From: Catajapyx aquilonaris
Taxonomy: Eukaryota
Length of the DNA stretch: 48,749 bases
Assembly: GCA_000934665.2 (NCBI GenBank)
Contig: JYFJ02002922.1
Coordinates: forward strand, 1 to 48,749
Reading direction: 5' to 3'
The translations under genes were made by a program, and so were the position numbers. The notes beneath the pieces are model-generated. The model did not search any database. It saw only the letters and a list, made by a program, of their open reading frames with translations, and was not told where the DNA came from. Every line of letters begins with the position of its first letter. The first letter of the stretch is position 1. This document shows, piece by piece, positions 48,299 through 48,749 of the stretch.

Positions 48299-48749
48299 AA
48301 TTATCTCGCTTGACCATTACAGTGAAATCTTCTGGTGACTGGTCAGGCCGCGCAAAAGATGTAATGGAAGGGGTGATTATGACATCAATGATATGAAAAC
48401 ACACACACAGCTATAGCGTACAATGTAAATACATAGTTTATATGATATAATATACGTTTTTTTGTTTTGAAATGTGAATCGACAGTGTTTGGCACCAGGT
48501 TGGAATCTTGCCAGGGAGCACCCAAAACTTGCGTCCTATAGTCTATAGCGTAATTATTGACAATAATGCCATTCAAATGGATTGTAAAGCAAAACCAAAT
48601 ATTATTTATTGTCATTAAAAGTAACTACCCAACGTAACGGATTTAAAATAATCAGCTGGGTCATTCCATGTCAATTCACCGAGCCCCCTGACCCTTGGGT
48701 TGTCAGATTTTGACGAAAATTGGCGAATCGCTTTAATTACGTCTTTCAA

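Overview
Eukaryotic (arthropod, probably pancrustacean) genomic DNA; most ORF-track entries are spurious. Two intron-containing genes converge tail-to-tail. The first is a complete myosin essential (alkali) light chain gene on + (ATG at 29400), with two paralogous alternative last coding exons (32338-32387 and 34296-34354). The second is a fibrillar collagen alpha chain on - (29 traced coding exons, 47482 to 36481; signal-peptide exon not found in the window). It has a half VWC domain, a ~1011-residue major triple helix carrying two Gly->Ala imperfections, and a six-Cys COLFI C-propeptide. The first ~29 kb has no host gene I can support. It is packed with non-autonomous mobile DNA: long fold-back/palindromic MITEs (often nested at the symmetry axis), two tRNA-derived SINE families with TSDs, a 5'-truncated LINE, Helentron/DINE-like pieces and microsatellites. 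Three solitary intronic tRNA-like cloverleafs have their anticodon arm replaced by a closed hairpin. All coordinates were read by eye and may be off by a few bases for repeats; no database searches were run.
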